Source: Kofleriaceae bacterium (GTDB lineage: Bacteria; Myxococcota_A; Polyangia; Haliangiales; Haliangiaceae). From it: a DNA stretch of 22,263 bases. A program made the translations under genes and the position numbers. The stretch lies in assembly GCA_046597055.1 (NCBI GenBank), contig JBKJLC010000048.1, positions 1 to 22,263 on the forward strand. The letters run 5' to 3'. Of the stretch, positions 12,252 to 20,276 are shown piece after piece. Position 1 is the first letter of the stretch; each line of letters starts with the position of its first letter. The notes under the pieces are model-generated. The model saw only the letters and a list, made by a program, of their open reading frames with translations, did no database searches and was not told the origin of the DNA.

Positions 12252-13358
12252 TCAGATCCGCATCGGCATGATGACGCCGGCGAAGTCGTCGCCCGCGAGC
12301 GGTCGAATCAGGCCCGGGTCGAGCTCGCCGCCGAGCTCGACCGCGACCTGGTCGGCCTGCATCTGGCCCAGAATGTCGAGGATGTACTTCGGGTTGAACC
12401 CGATCGTCATCGGCTCGCCCGAGTAGTCGGCGTCGATGTCCTCGCGAACCTCGCCGACGTCGGGGTTGTCGCTGGTGATCGTGATGCCGTTGCCGTCGCT
12501 GGCGCCGAAGCCGAGCTTCACGCCGCGGGTCTCGCTCGACATGAGCTGGGCGCGCTTGACCGCGTCGATGAACAGGCCGCGGTCGACCACCGCCGAGCGC
12601 TTGTGGTCCTTGGGGATGACCTGCTCGTACGGCGGGAACTGCGCGTCGATGAGCTTGACCGCGAGGGTGAGGTCGTCGACCGAGATGAACAGGTACGGGG
12701 TCTTGATGGCGAGCTTGGCGACCGCGGCGCCGTCGAGGATCTTCTTGACCTCGAGGATGCCCTTCTTGGGAATGATCACGCCTGAGGACAGCTGGGGGCC
12801 CCCGGTGAGCACGCGGTCGACCTTGGACAGGCGATGGCCGTCGGTCGAGACCATCCGGGCCTTGGCGCCGTCGCACTCGAACAGGACCCCGTTCAGGTGG
12901 AACCGCGTCTCGTCGTTGCAGACCGAGAACAGGGTGCGGTCGATCATCTCGCGCAGGGTGTTCGAGTCGACCTCGCCGAACGGTGCTTCGCGATGGTCGG
13001 GGACCTTGGGGAAGTCGCGGTCGGGGATGCCGACGATGCGGTAGCTGACCTTGCCCGCCTTGATCTCGGCCCAGTTGTTCTCGACCTTGCGCAGCGTGAG
13101 CTCGTCACCGGGGAGGTTCACCACGATGTCGTGGAGCGCCTTGGCACCGACGGTGAGACCGCCTTCGACGCCGCCGGTGACCTTGAGCTCGGCGGTGAGC
13201 GAGACGTTGAGATCCGTCGCTGCGCACAGGAGCTTGTTCTTGCCGTGGACGCGCAGGAGGACGTTGGCGAGCATCGGCATCGTGCTCTTGCGGTCGGCGA
13301 TGCTCTGCGCGAGGCGCAGCCCACGGACGAACTCTGCTTTGTGGATCCGGAACTCCAT
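12252..13358 (-). CDS. dnaN: DNA polymerase III beta sliding clamp
   Basis: ATDL, DETRFHLNGV, STDGHRL, IIPKKG, LIDAQFPPYEQVIP, IGFNPKY, VIMPMRI. ATG 13358 with AGGAG RBS. Confidence 0.98.
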   Translation of the reverse strand: MEFRIHKAEFVRGLRLAQSIADRKSTMPMLANVLLRVHGKNKLLCAATDLNVSLTAELKVTGGVEGGLTVGAKALHDIVVNLPGDELTLRKVENNWAEIKAGKVSYRIVGIPDRDFPKVPDHREAPFGEVDSNTLREMIDRTLFSVCNDETRFHLNGVLFECDGAKARMVSTDGHRLSKVDRVLTGGPQLSSGVIIPKKGILEVKKILDGAAVAKLAIKTPYLFISVDDLTLAVKLIDAQFPPYEQVIPKDHKRSAVVDRGLFIDAVKRAQLMSSETRGVKLGFGASDGNGITITSDNPDVGEVREDIDADYSGEPMTIGFNPKYILDILGQMQADQVAVELGGELDPGLIRPLAGDDFAGVIMPMRI

Positions 13359-13419
13359 GGCGATCTCCTGCACGGACGAGCGAGACGAGGCGGCGAGCGA
13401 AGGGGGCGAGGTTCGAGCA

Positions 13420-13660
13420 GACGCTCTTTGATCTTATCTTCAGGGATCAAGATCGTAAGAGTCAGAAGTAGGATCAGAGAGTCTGTGGACTGGGTGGATA
13501 AGACAGGAAGAGCCGAGAACTACTTCGCTATTCGACGTCGAGCGTGTGATCGAGGCGGTCGGTATGTCGGTGTGTGACAGTGGGTGAACGGTGGACAGAA
13601 AGTAACGCGTGGTTTCATCCACAGCTTCGACCCCCCACGGGATCACAGGTTCATCCACAG
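13420..13660. other. Chromosomal replication origin oriC (dnaA-dnaN intergenic): DnaA boxes and DnaA-trio/DUE
   Basis: Boxes GGTGGATAA (13493-13501), TCATCCACA (13615-13623, 13651-13659), and degenerate TGTGGACTG (13484-13492) and GGTGGACAG (13590-13598). NAN trio run at 13445-13477. Lower GC than flanks; the + strand looks C-rich to the left and G-rich to the right (qualitative). Confidence 0.85.
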
Positions 13661-13720
13661 GCCTCGGACCCATACCACGAAGGTCCGACGCGGTCGCGAG
13701 CATGTCGAAGAGCGAGCTCA

Positions 13721-15169
13721 TCAGCGGAGGAGGGTCGACTCGATCGCGTGGATCTCGCCGCGCATCCCGGGGTCGTCCTTCAGCCGCTCCGCGATCTTCT
13801 CGACCGCCGAGATGACCGTGGTGTGGTGCTTGCCGCCAAACGCGCGGCCGAGGTCCGGGTAGCTGTCCTTGGTGTGCTGGCGGGCCAGGTACATCGCGAT
13901 GGCACGAGGGCCGGCGATGGACCGATGGCGACGCGGGCTCTTCAGATCGACGGCCTTGACCCCGTAGTAGCTCGCGACGGCCTTGATGACCGTCTCGCAG
14001 TTGATGTGCTCGCGCGGGCGCGCGAGGGCGCCGCCCAGCGTCTCGTGCGCGAAGGCGAGATCGATGGTGCGCTTGGAGAGCGATGCGTACGCGGCGAGGC
14101 GGATGAGGGCGCCCTCGAGCTCGCGGACGTTGGACTTGATCGAGCTGGCGATGAACAGCGCGACATCGTCGGGCATGTGGATCGCCTCGACGGCGGCCTT
14201 CTTGCGGAGGATCGCGATGCGGACCTCGAGCTCGGGGGGCTCGATGTCGGCGAGCAGGCCCCACGCGAACCGCGTGCGCAGGCGGTCGGCGATGTCCGAG
14301 ATCTCGTGGGGCTTGCGGTCGGCGGTGAGGACGATCTGCTTGTGGTTGTCGTGGAGCGCGTTGAACGTGTGGAAGAACTCGTCCTGGGTGCCGTCCTTGC
14401 CGGCGAGGAACTGGACGTCGTCGACCAGGAGAACGTCGATGCCCTCGCGGTACCGCTTGCGGAACTCGTGCATCTTTCCCGAGCGGATCGCGTTCACGTA
14501 CTCGTTCATGAACCGTTCGCTGGAGATGTAGACGATGCGGGTGCTCGGCCGCAGCCCGCCCTGGACGTGCCCGATCGCGTGGAGCAGATGGGTCTTGCCC
14601 AGCCCGACCCCACCACAGATGAAGACCGGGTTGTACTTGGGCGGAAACGCGTTGGCGGCGGCCTGCGAGGCGGCGAACGCGAGCTGGTTCGAGGGACCGG
14701 CGACGAAGGTCTCGAAGTTGTAGCGAGGGTTCAGCGTCGCGACGTGGAGCGGGAACGACTCGACGTCCGAGGGCGACACCGTGTGCCCACCCGAGATCGA
14801 CGGGCTGGCGACGGGCGCCTCGACCACGATCGCGACCGGCTCGGTGGCGCGGGGCGCGCGCACGCCGGCGATGTCGGTCGCGAAGGCGACCTGGAGCGGG
14901 ATGCCGGAGGCGGCGCGGATCTCGTCGAGGACGGCGTCGAGGTAGTTCGACTCGAACCACAGCCGGACGTAAGAGTTGGGCGCGCGGAGCTGGAGGACCG
15001 AGCCCTCCTGGCCCACGCACTCGATGGGGCGGAGCCACATGTCAAAGTTCTGGGGCGAGACCTTCCCCACCAGCCGGGACAGCGCGCTCTCCCAGACCTC
15101 GGCCGGCGACGCGTCCGGGGATCCAGAGGTTCCGATCAGGCCACTCGTCGGCCCACTTCCAGCAGTCAT
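13721..15169 (-). CDS. dnaA: Chromosomal replication initiator DnaA
   Basis: LNPRYNFETFV, YNPVFICGGVGLGKTHL, LLVDDVQF, QDEFFHTFN, RLRTRFAWGL, SNVRELEG, HTTV. ATG 15169 with GGAGGAG RBS. Confidence 0.98.
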   Translation of the reverse strand: MTAGSGPTSGLIGTSGSPDASPAEVWESALSRLVGKVSPQNFDMWLRPIECVGQEGSVLQLRAPNSYVRLWFESNYLDAVLDEIRAASGIPLQVAFATDIAGVRAPRATEPVAIVVEAPVASPSISGGHTVSPSDVESFPLHVATLNPRYNFETFVAGPSNQLAFAASQAAANAFPPKYNPVFICGGVGLGKTHLLHAIGHVQGGLRPSTRIVYISSERFMNEYVNAIRSGKMHEFRKRYREGIDVLLVDDVQFLAGKDGTQDEFFHTFNALHDNHKQIVLTADRKPHEISDIADRLRTRFAWGLLADIEPPELEVRIAILRKKAAVEAIHMPDDVALFIASSIKSNVRELEGALIRLAAYASLSKRTIDLAFAHETLGGALARPREHINCETVIKAVASYYGVKAVDLKSPRRHRSIAGPRAIAMYLARQHTKDSYPDLGRAFGGKHHTTVISAVEKIAERLKDDPGMRGEIHAIESTLLR

Positions 15170-15206
15170 CGGGCTCCTCCAGGACGCAGGAAGGAGCGAC
15201 GAACAG

Positions 15207-15559
15207 TTATCCACAGGGAGCCTCCCGGAGACCGGTAAACCGAGTGTTTGATGAGGTACATCGGCGTGTTGCGAGAAAGTGCGGCGGTGACGAAACCGAA
15301 GCGAAGACACGGCTTATCCACAGGCGTTTCCAGGGGCAAGCGCCACTGCGCTTCCCTGAAAGGGTCCCCGATCGTTTGGCTCGGGAAACCTGCGGACGTG
15401 CGACGTCGCACCGACGTCCGCGAGGGGGTTGTCTAGCAGAGGCGGAATTGAGCGAGCAAGGTCAAAAGGTGCTGAGATTCAGAAGCCTTCGATCTCATTT
15501 GACTCCCGAGCGGCGAATTCGGGAGCTGTCGTCGAGACCGCCGGAGAGCCTGTGGATAA
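15207..15559. promoter_or_regulatory. Three perfect DnaA boxes in the dnaA-rpmH intergenic region
   Basis: TTATCCACA at 15207-15215 and 15314-15322; TGTGGATAA at 15551-15559. Confidence 0.88.
15430..15459 (-). promoter_or_regulatory. Candidate dnaA promoter
   Basis: Minus strand TTGCTC, 18 nt, TAGACA with an extended TG motif. Confidence 0.3.
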
Positions 15560-15593
15560 GCGCCGCAGGCGACGCGCCAGGCCACGTGGAAGG

Positions 15594-15622
15594 TTGACAC
15601 TCCGACGTCCGTTGAGTATCGA
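15594..15622 (+). promoter_or_regulatory. Candidate rpmH operon promoter
   Basis: TTGACA (15594-15599), 17 nt, TATCGA (15617-15622). Confidence 0.5.
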
Positions 15623-15678
15623 TCCACGTTCCGCGCTGGACCACGTCCGGCGCAACGCCGCCCCCGGAGCCCGACGTC

Positions 15679-15831
15679 ATGAGCAAGCGCACTTACCAGC
15701 CACACAACAAGAGCCGCAAGCGTACCCACGGTTACCGCGCCCGTAAGAAGACCCGCGGAGGCCGCGAGGTGCTGCGTCGCCGCCGCGCGAAGGGCCGCAA
15801 GCGGCTCGCGGTTACGATCGCCAAGAAGTGA
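15679..15831 (+). CDS. rpmH: 50S ribosomal protein L34 (not in the ORF track)
   Basis: Hand translation [50 protein letters not shown] (50 aa); canonical position opposite dnaA. Confidence 0.97.
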   Translation: MSKRTYQPHNKSRKRTHGYRARKKTRGGREVLRRRRAKGRKRLAVTIAKK

Positions 15832-16190
15832 CCGCCCGCAGGTCGCAGCGCATGACCAAGGCCATGCGTTTGCGACGGCGCCCGGAGTTCGTCTCGGTCC
15901 AGTCGACCGGGCGGAAGATCCATGGCAAGCACTTCCTCGCGATGGTCGTCGCAGGTGGTTCTGACGGCGCCCCGGTTGGCCGGGTCGGGCTCACGGTGAC
16001 CAAGCGCATCGGCAACGCCGTGATTCGCAATCGCATCAAACGACGTACGCGGGACTGGCTCCGGCGCAACGGCTGGGTTCCGGCCGGGCGCGACGTCGTG
16101 TTCGTCGCCAAGGAATCGGCGTCCACCTCGACGTCCGCGGACCTCGGTCACGACCTGGCCCGCATGGTTCACCGGATCGCGTCATGCTGA
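15828..16190 (+). CDS. rnpA: Ribonuclease P protein component
   Basis: [30 protein letters not shown] (RNR motif); GTGA overlap with rpmH. Confidence 0.95.
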   Translation: MTARRSQRMTKAMRLRRRPEFVSVQSTGRKIHGKHFLAMVVAGGSDGAPVGRVGLTVTKRIGNAVIRNRIKRRTRDWLRRNGWVPAGRDVVFVAKESASTSTSADLGHDLARMVHRIASC

Positions 16191-16501
16191 CGCGCCTCGC
16201 GACCGCGCCGATCCGATTCTACCGGCGGTACATCTCGGGCCTCAAGGCGACGCCGAGCTGCCGCTTTCTGCCGACCTGCTCGGCCTACGCGCTCGAGGCC
16301 GTCGAGACGCGGGGTGTGCTGATCGGTGGTTGGAAGGCGCTGTGGCGAATTCTTCGCTGTAACCCGCTCTGCCGGGGTGGTTACGACCCGGTCGATGGCG
16401 TTCCGGAGAGCCGGCGCTGTCTTCATGCGGTAGAGCAGGCTCCTCTCGATCTGGCCCAGGGCCGGCCCTTCGACTTCGCTCAGGACAGGCACTCGTCATA
16501 A
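16184..16501 (+). CDS. yidD: Membrane protein insertion efficiency factor YidD
   Basis: [24 protein letters not shown]; extended C-terminus. Confidence 0.95.
   Translation: MLTRLATAPIRFYRRYISGLKATPSCRFLPTCSAYALEAVETRGVLIGGWKALWRILRCNPLCRGGYDPVDGVPESRRCLHAVEQAPLDLAQGRPFDFAQDRHSS
16442..16490 (+). repeat. REP-like 24-bp tandem unit inside the yidD 3' end
   Basis: CCCTTCGACTTCGCTCAGGACAGGC (16466-16490) preceded by the diverged copy CCTCTCGATCTGGCCCAGGGCCGG (16442-16465); they encode PFDFAQDR and PLDLAQGR. Confidence 0.65.
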
Positions 16502-18372
16502 TGGAAGACCAAGGGAAGCGGATCCTGATGTTCGTCGTCGCTGCGGCGGCGATCTTCTTCGCGTGGCAGTGGCTGTTCCCGCCCGAGAAGCCAGTGCCGC
16601 CGCCGCCGGCGATCACGGCCGGAACACCGCAGCCGTCGCTCGGGTCGCCGGTTGGCCAGCCGATTCCTGGCGCCGGCGCCGCGGTGACCCCCGCGGCGCC
16701 GGGTGCGCCGGCAGTTGCCGAGGCGGCGGTCGCGCCGGTCGCGGAGCGCCCACTCGTGGTCGAGACCCCGCAGGTGCGGGTGGTGTTCTCGAACGTCGGC
16801 GGTGTCGTGAAGGAGTGGGTGGTGCTCCACGATCCCATCAAGGGTCGGGTCATGAACGAGCACCTGTTCCTCAGCGAGCGGCCGGGGCTGGGCCTGGGCG
16901 CGACCAACTTCCTGAGCTCGACGTCCATCCTTCCGCCGGGCATCGACTGGCAGGGGGAGCAGGTCTCCGCGCACAAGGTGAAGTACACGGCCCGGACCGC
17001 CGGGCTCGAGGTCGTGAAGGTCTTCGAGCTCTTCCCGGCCGACTACGTGATCAAGCTGACCGTCGACGTGACGGTGCCCACGACCGGTCCGGCCTCGGCC
17101 AGCCAGCAGCTGGCGGTGTCGCTGTTCGGGCACGCGGTGCCGGAGACCGGTGGCCGCCGGGCCAAGGTGCCGACCGGCGCAATCTGCCACATCAACGGTG
17201 AGGTCTCGACCGAGAGCGCAGCCACGCTGCAGCGCGGCCCGCGCGAGCGGCGCGGGCGCGTGCAGTGGGTCGGTCTGGCGCACCAGTACGACCTGGTCGC
17301 GCTGGCGCCGCAGCCGCCCATCGACAACCTCGCGTGCAACGCCTATCCGCTCGAGGGCGTGCAGGACGGCATGCAGGTCGACCTGGTCTTCCAGCCGGCC
17401 AAGCTCAAGGCGGGCGAGGCGGTCAGCTACCAGATGGCGCTGTACGTCGGGCCGAAGTACCTCGACCGCCTGGAGGGCGCCGATGACGTCGCCGGGTTTC
17501 CGGTCGGCCTGACCGACGTCGTCGACTACGGCTGGTTCAGCTTCATCTCGCGGCCGATGTTGTGGCTGCTCCACCAGCTCTACAACATGGTCCAGAACTG
17601 GGGCATCGCGATCATCTTGCTGACGATGCTCGTGAAGCTGGCGACGCTCTACTGGACGACCAAGTCGATGCGGTCGATGAAGGCGATGGCCGCCCTCAAG
17701 CCGCAGATCGAGGAGCTGCAGAAGCGGTACCCCGACGATCGCCAGGCCCAGCAGCAGGCGCAGATGGCGCTGTTCAAGCAGCACGGCGTGAGCCCGCTGG
17801 CGGGCTGCCTGCCGATGCTGCTGCAGATGCCGATCTGGCTGGCGCTCTACAAGATGCTGTCGGTGGCCGGTGAGCTGCACCAGGCGGTCTTCATCCCCGG
17901 CTGGCTCGAGGATCTCACCGCGCGCGACCCGTACTTCATCACCCCGGTGCTGCTGACCATCGCGATGTTCCTGCAGTCGAAGGTCCAGCCGCCGGTTGGC
18001 GACTCGATGCAGCAGAAGGTCCTGATGTACGGCCTTCCGCTCATGTTCGGGTTCATGGGCCTGTACTTCCCGTCGGGGCTTGGCGTCTACATGCTGACCA
18101 ACACCCTGCTCGGCATCCTGCACTCGCTCTACATGAAGAAGACCGACACGCACCGCATGGCCGCGCTCGCCACGGTCAAGGAGCCGGCGGGCAAGGTCGA
18201 GGTGGTCAGCAAGCGCGCGGCCGCGGGCGCGAAGCCGGCCGCCGCAGTCGTGACCAACGATGTGGACGACGAGGACGCCGACAAAACTGACGACGAGTCG
18301 TCGTCGAGCCCGTCCGGCCCCAATGGAGCCCGCAAGGGCCAGCGCAGCCAGCGCCGCGGCAAGCGCCGCTAG
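16501..18372 (+). CDS. yidC: Membrane protein insertase YidC
   Basis: N-terminal TM, periplasmic domain, YVGPK, VDYGWF, NWGIAIILLT, GCLPMLLQMPIW, DPYFITP, FPSGLGVY; TAATG coupling to yidD. Confidence 0.97.
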   Translation: MEDQGKRILMFVVAAAAIFFAWQWLFPPEKPVPPPPAITAGTPQPSLGSPVGQPIPGAGAAVTPAAPGAPAVAEAAVAPVAERPLVVETPQVRVVFSNVGGVVKEWVVLHDPIKGRVMNEHLFLSERPGLGLGATNFLSSTSILPPGIDWQGEQVSAHKVKYTARTAGLEVVKVFELFPADYVIKLTVDVTVPTTGPASASQQLAVSLFGHAVPETGGRRAKVPTGAICHINGEVSTESAATLQRGPRERRGRVQWVGLAHQYDLVALAPQPPIDNLACNAYPLEGVQDGMQVDLVFQPAKLKAGEAVSYQMALYVGPKYLDRLEGADDVAGFPVGLTDVVDYGWFSFISRPMLWLLHQLYNMVQNWGIAIILLTMLVKLATLYWTTKSMRSMKAMAALKPQIEELQKRYPDDRQAQQQAQMALFKQHGVSPLAGCLPMLLQMPIWLALYKMLSVAGELHQAVFIPGWLEDLTARDPYFITPVLLTIAMFLQSKVQPPVGDSMQQKVLMYGLPLMFGFMGLYFPSGLGVYMLTNTLLGILHSLYMKKTDTHRMAALATVKEPAGKVEVVSKRAAAGAKPAAAVVTNDVDDEDADKTDDESSSSPSGPNGARKGQRSQRRGKRR

Positions 18373-18405
18373 TCATTTTTTGACACTCGCAATCGAGGTA
18401 CTGCC

Positions 18406-18903
18406 GTGACCGAGAGCATCGCCAACATTTCCGACGCCACCGACGTCGCCGAGCGCGCGTGCGACTTCTTGATGGGGGTGCTCGAGCGGATGGGAATCAC
18501 CGCCGACATCGACGTCAACGACGCCGACGACCGGATCGTCCTCGAGATCCAGACCTCCGACCCCGAGGTGGTGATCGGCCGCAAGGGGCAGGTCATCGAC
18601 GCGCTGCAACACCTGGTCAGCAAGGTGGTCTACCGCGAGCGTGCGGGCGAGAAGGGCAAGCCGATCGTCGTCGACGCGGGCGGCTACCGCGAGAAGCACG
18701 TGCTGCGGCTGCAGTCGCTCGCGCAGCGGATGGCCGAGAAGGCCCTCGCCTCGCAGGTGATCGTCCCGCTGTCGCCGATGTCGGCGCACGATCGCCGGAT
18801 CGTGCACATGGCGATCGCGGCCATCCCGGGGCTGAGCAGCCGGTCCGAGGGTGAGGGCGACGACCGCCACATCCTGGTCGTGCCCGAAGCGCTGGCGAAA
18901 TAA
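18406..18903 (+). CDS. jag: Jag/KhpB (EloR) RNA-binding protein, KH + R3H domains
   Basis: KH motif VIGRKGQVIDALQHL, DAGGYR, R3H motif MSAHDRRIVH, SEGEG; GAGG RBS. Confidence 0.9.
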   Translation: MTESIANISDATDVAERACDFLMGVLERMGITADIDVNDADDRIVLEIQTSDPEVVIGRKGQVIDALQHLVSKVVYRERAGEKGKPIVVDAGGYREKHVLRLQSLAQRMAEKALASQVIVPLSPMSAHDRRIVHMAIAAIPGLSSRSEGEGDDRHILVVPEALAK

Positions 18904-18913
18904 CGCGGGGGCC

Positions 18914-20248
18914 GTGGACGAGCCGCGCGATACGATCGCGGCGATCGCGACAGCGACCGGGGTCGGTGGCGTGGGCATCGTCCGCGTCAGCGGCCCGGGT
19001 GCGCTCGGGGTCGCAGCCGCGCTGACCGGGCGTGCGCTGTCGGCGTGGCCCGAGCGTCGGCTGGTGCGCGTGCGTGTGCGCGATGGTGCGGGCACGCGGA
19101 TCGACGACGGGCTGGCGGTCGCGATGCGCGGCCCCGGGTCGTTCACGGGCGACGACGTGGTCGAGCTGCAGGTGCACGGCGGCGCGGTGAACCTGGGCAA
19201 GGTGCTGGGCGCCGTGATCGAGGCCGGCGCGCGGGCGGCCGAGCCGGGCGAGTTCACGCGGCGCGCGCTGGCCGCGGGGAAGATCGGTCTGCTCGAGGCC
19301 GAGGCGATGCTGGCGGTGGTGCACGCGCAGAGCGAGCGGGGCTGGGAGCTGGCCCAGCGTCAGCTCGGCGGCGCGCTGGCGTCGCGGGTTGCCGACCTGC
19401 GATCGGTGGTGGCCGCGGTGCTCGCGGAGATCGAGGCCGGCATCGACTTTCCCGAGGAGGACCTGACGCCGGCGTCGCGGGCCGAGCTGGTCGGGCGCGT
19501 GCGGGGGCTGGCGGAGGCATGCCGCGGGCTGGCCGGGAGCTTTGGCGCCGGCCGCGCCCTGACCGACGGGCTGACCGTCGCGCTGGTCGGTCACGTCAAC
19601 GCCGGCAAGTCGTCGCTGCTCAACGCGCTGGCCGGCCGCGAGCGGGCGCTGGTCTCGCCGGAGCCGGGCACGACCCGCGACTGGGTCGAGGCGCGGGTCA
19701 TGTGGCGCGGGGTGGCGGTGACCCTGGTCGACACGGCGGGGCTGCGGGACGAGGCGTCGGCCGCCGGCGGGCTCGAGCAGCGGGGCATCGAGCTCGGGCG
19801 GCGCCGCGCCGCCGAGGCCCACGTCGTGCTCGCGGTCGTTGCTCCGGAGGGGCCGGGGCCCGCCGCCGAGACGCTGGCTGATGCGCGAACCATCGTCGTG
19901 GCGAGCAAGGCCGACCTGGGGCACCCCCACCCGGGGCAACTGGCGACCTCGGCGGTGACCGGCGAAGGCATCGAGCGGCTGCGGGCGGCGGTGCTGGCCC
20001 GGGTCGGCGTGGTCGACGACGTCGAGGCGGGTGGCGTGGTGGTCCTGACCGAGCGCCAGCGGGCGACCGCGGCGGCGGCGGCCGCAGCCATGGGCCTTGC
20101 CGGCACGGCCCTGGACGAAGGGGCGCCCGGGGAGATCGTCGCGCTCGAGCTTCGCGCCGGGGCGGAGGCACTTGCCCAGCTCGAGGGTGACCGGGTGGGC
20201 GAGGAAGTCCTCGACCAGCTGTTCGCGCGCTTCTGCATCGGGAAGTGA
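18914..20248 (+). CDS. mnmE: tRNA modification GTPase MnmE (TrmE)
   Basis: DTIAAIAT, IVRVSGP, SFTGDDVVELQVHGG, AEPGEFTRRA, IDFPEE, NAGKSS, GTTRD, DTAG, C-terminal FCIGK. GTG start at 18914. Confidence 0.96.
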   Translation: MDEPRDTIAAIATATGVGGVGIVRVSGPGALGVAAALTGRALSAWPERRLVRVRVRDGAGTRIDDGLAVAMRGPGSFTGDDVVELQVHGGAVNLGKVLGAVIEAGARAAEPGEFTRRALAAGKIGLLEAEAMLAVVHAQSERGWELAQRQLGGALASRVADLRSVVAAVLAEIEAGIDFPEEDLTPASRAELVGRVRGLAEACRGLAGSFGAGRALTDGLTVALVGHVNAGKSSLLNALAGRERALVSPEPGTTRDWVEARVMWRGVAVTLVDTAGLRDEASAAGGLEQRGIELGRRRAAEAHVVLAVVAPEGPGPAAETLADARTIVVASKADLGHPHPGQLATSAVTGEGIERLRAAVLARVGVVDDVEAGGVVVLTERQRATAAAAAAAMGLAGTALDEGAPGEIVALELRAGAEALAQLEGDRVGEEVLDQLFARFCIGK

Positions 20249-20276
20249 ACCGACCGTCTGCGCTATAAGGAGCCCG

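Noticed and set aside
15170..15310. Longer dnaA start at 15310 given by the ORF track
   Set aside because: The extension runs through a DnaA box, and ATG 15169 has a strong GGAGGAG RBS.
15578..15593. CCACGTGGAA as a possible second parS
   Set aside because: Only the core and part of one arm match; the left arm (CAGG) does not fit TGTT.
18380..18385. TTGACA upstream of jag
   Set aside because: No -10 element at a 16-18 nt spacing (it would fall on GCCGTG at the start codon).
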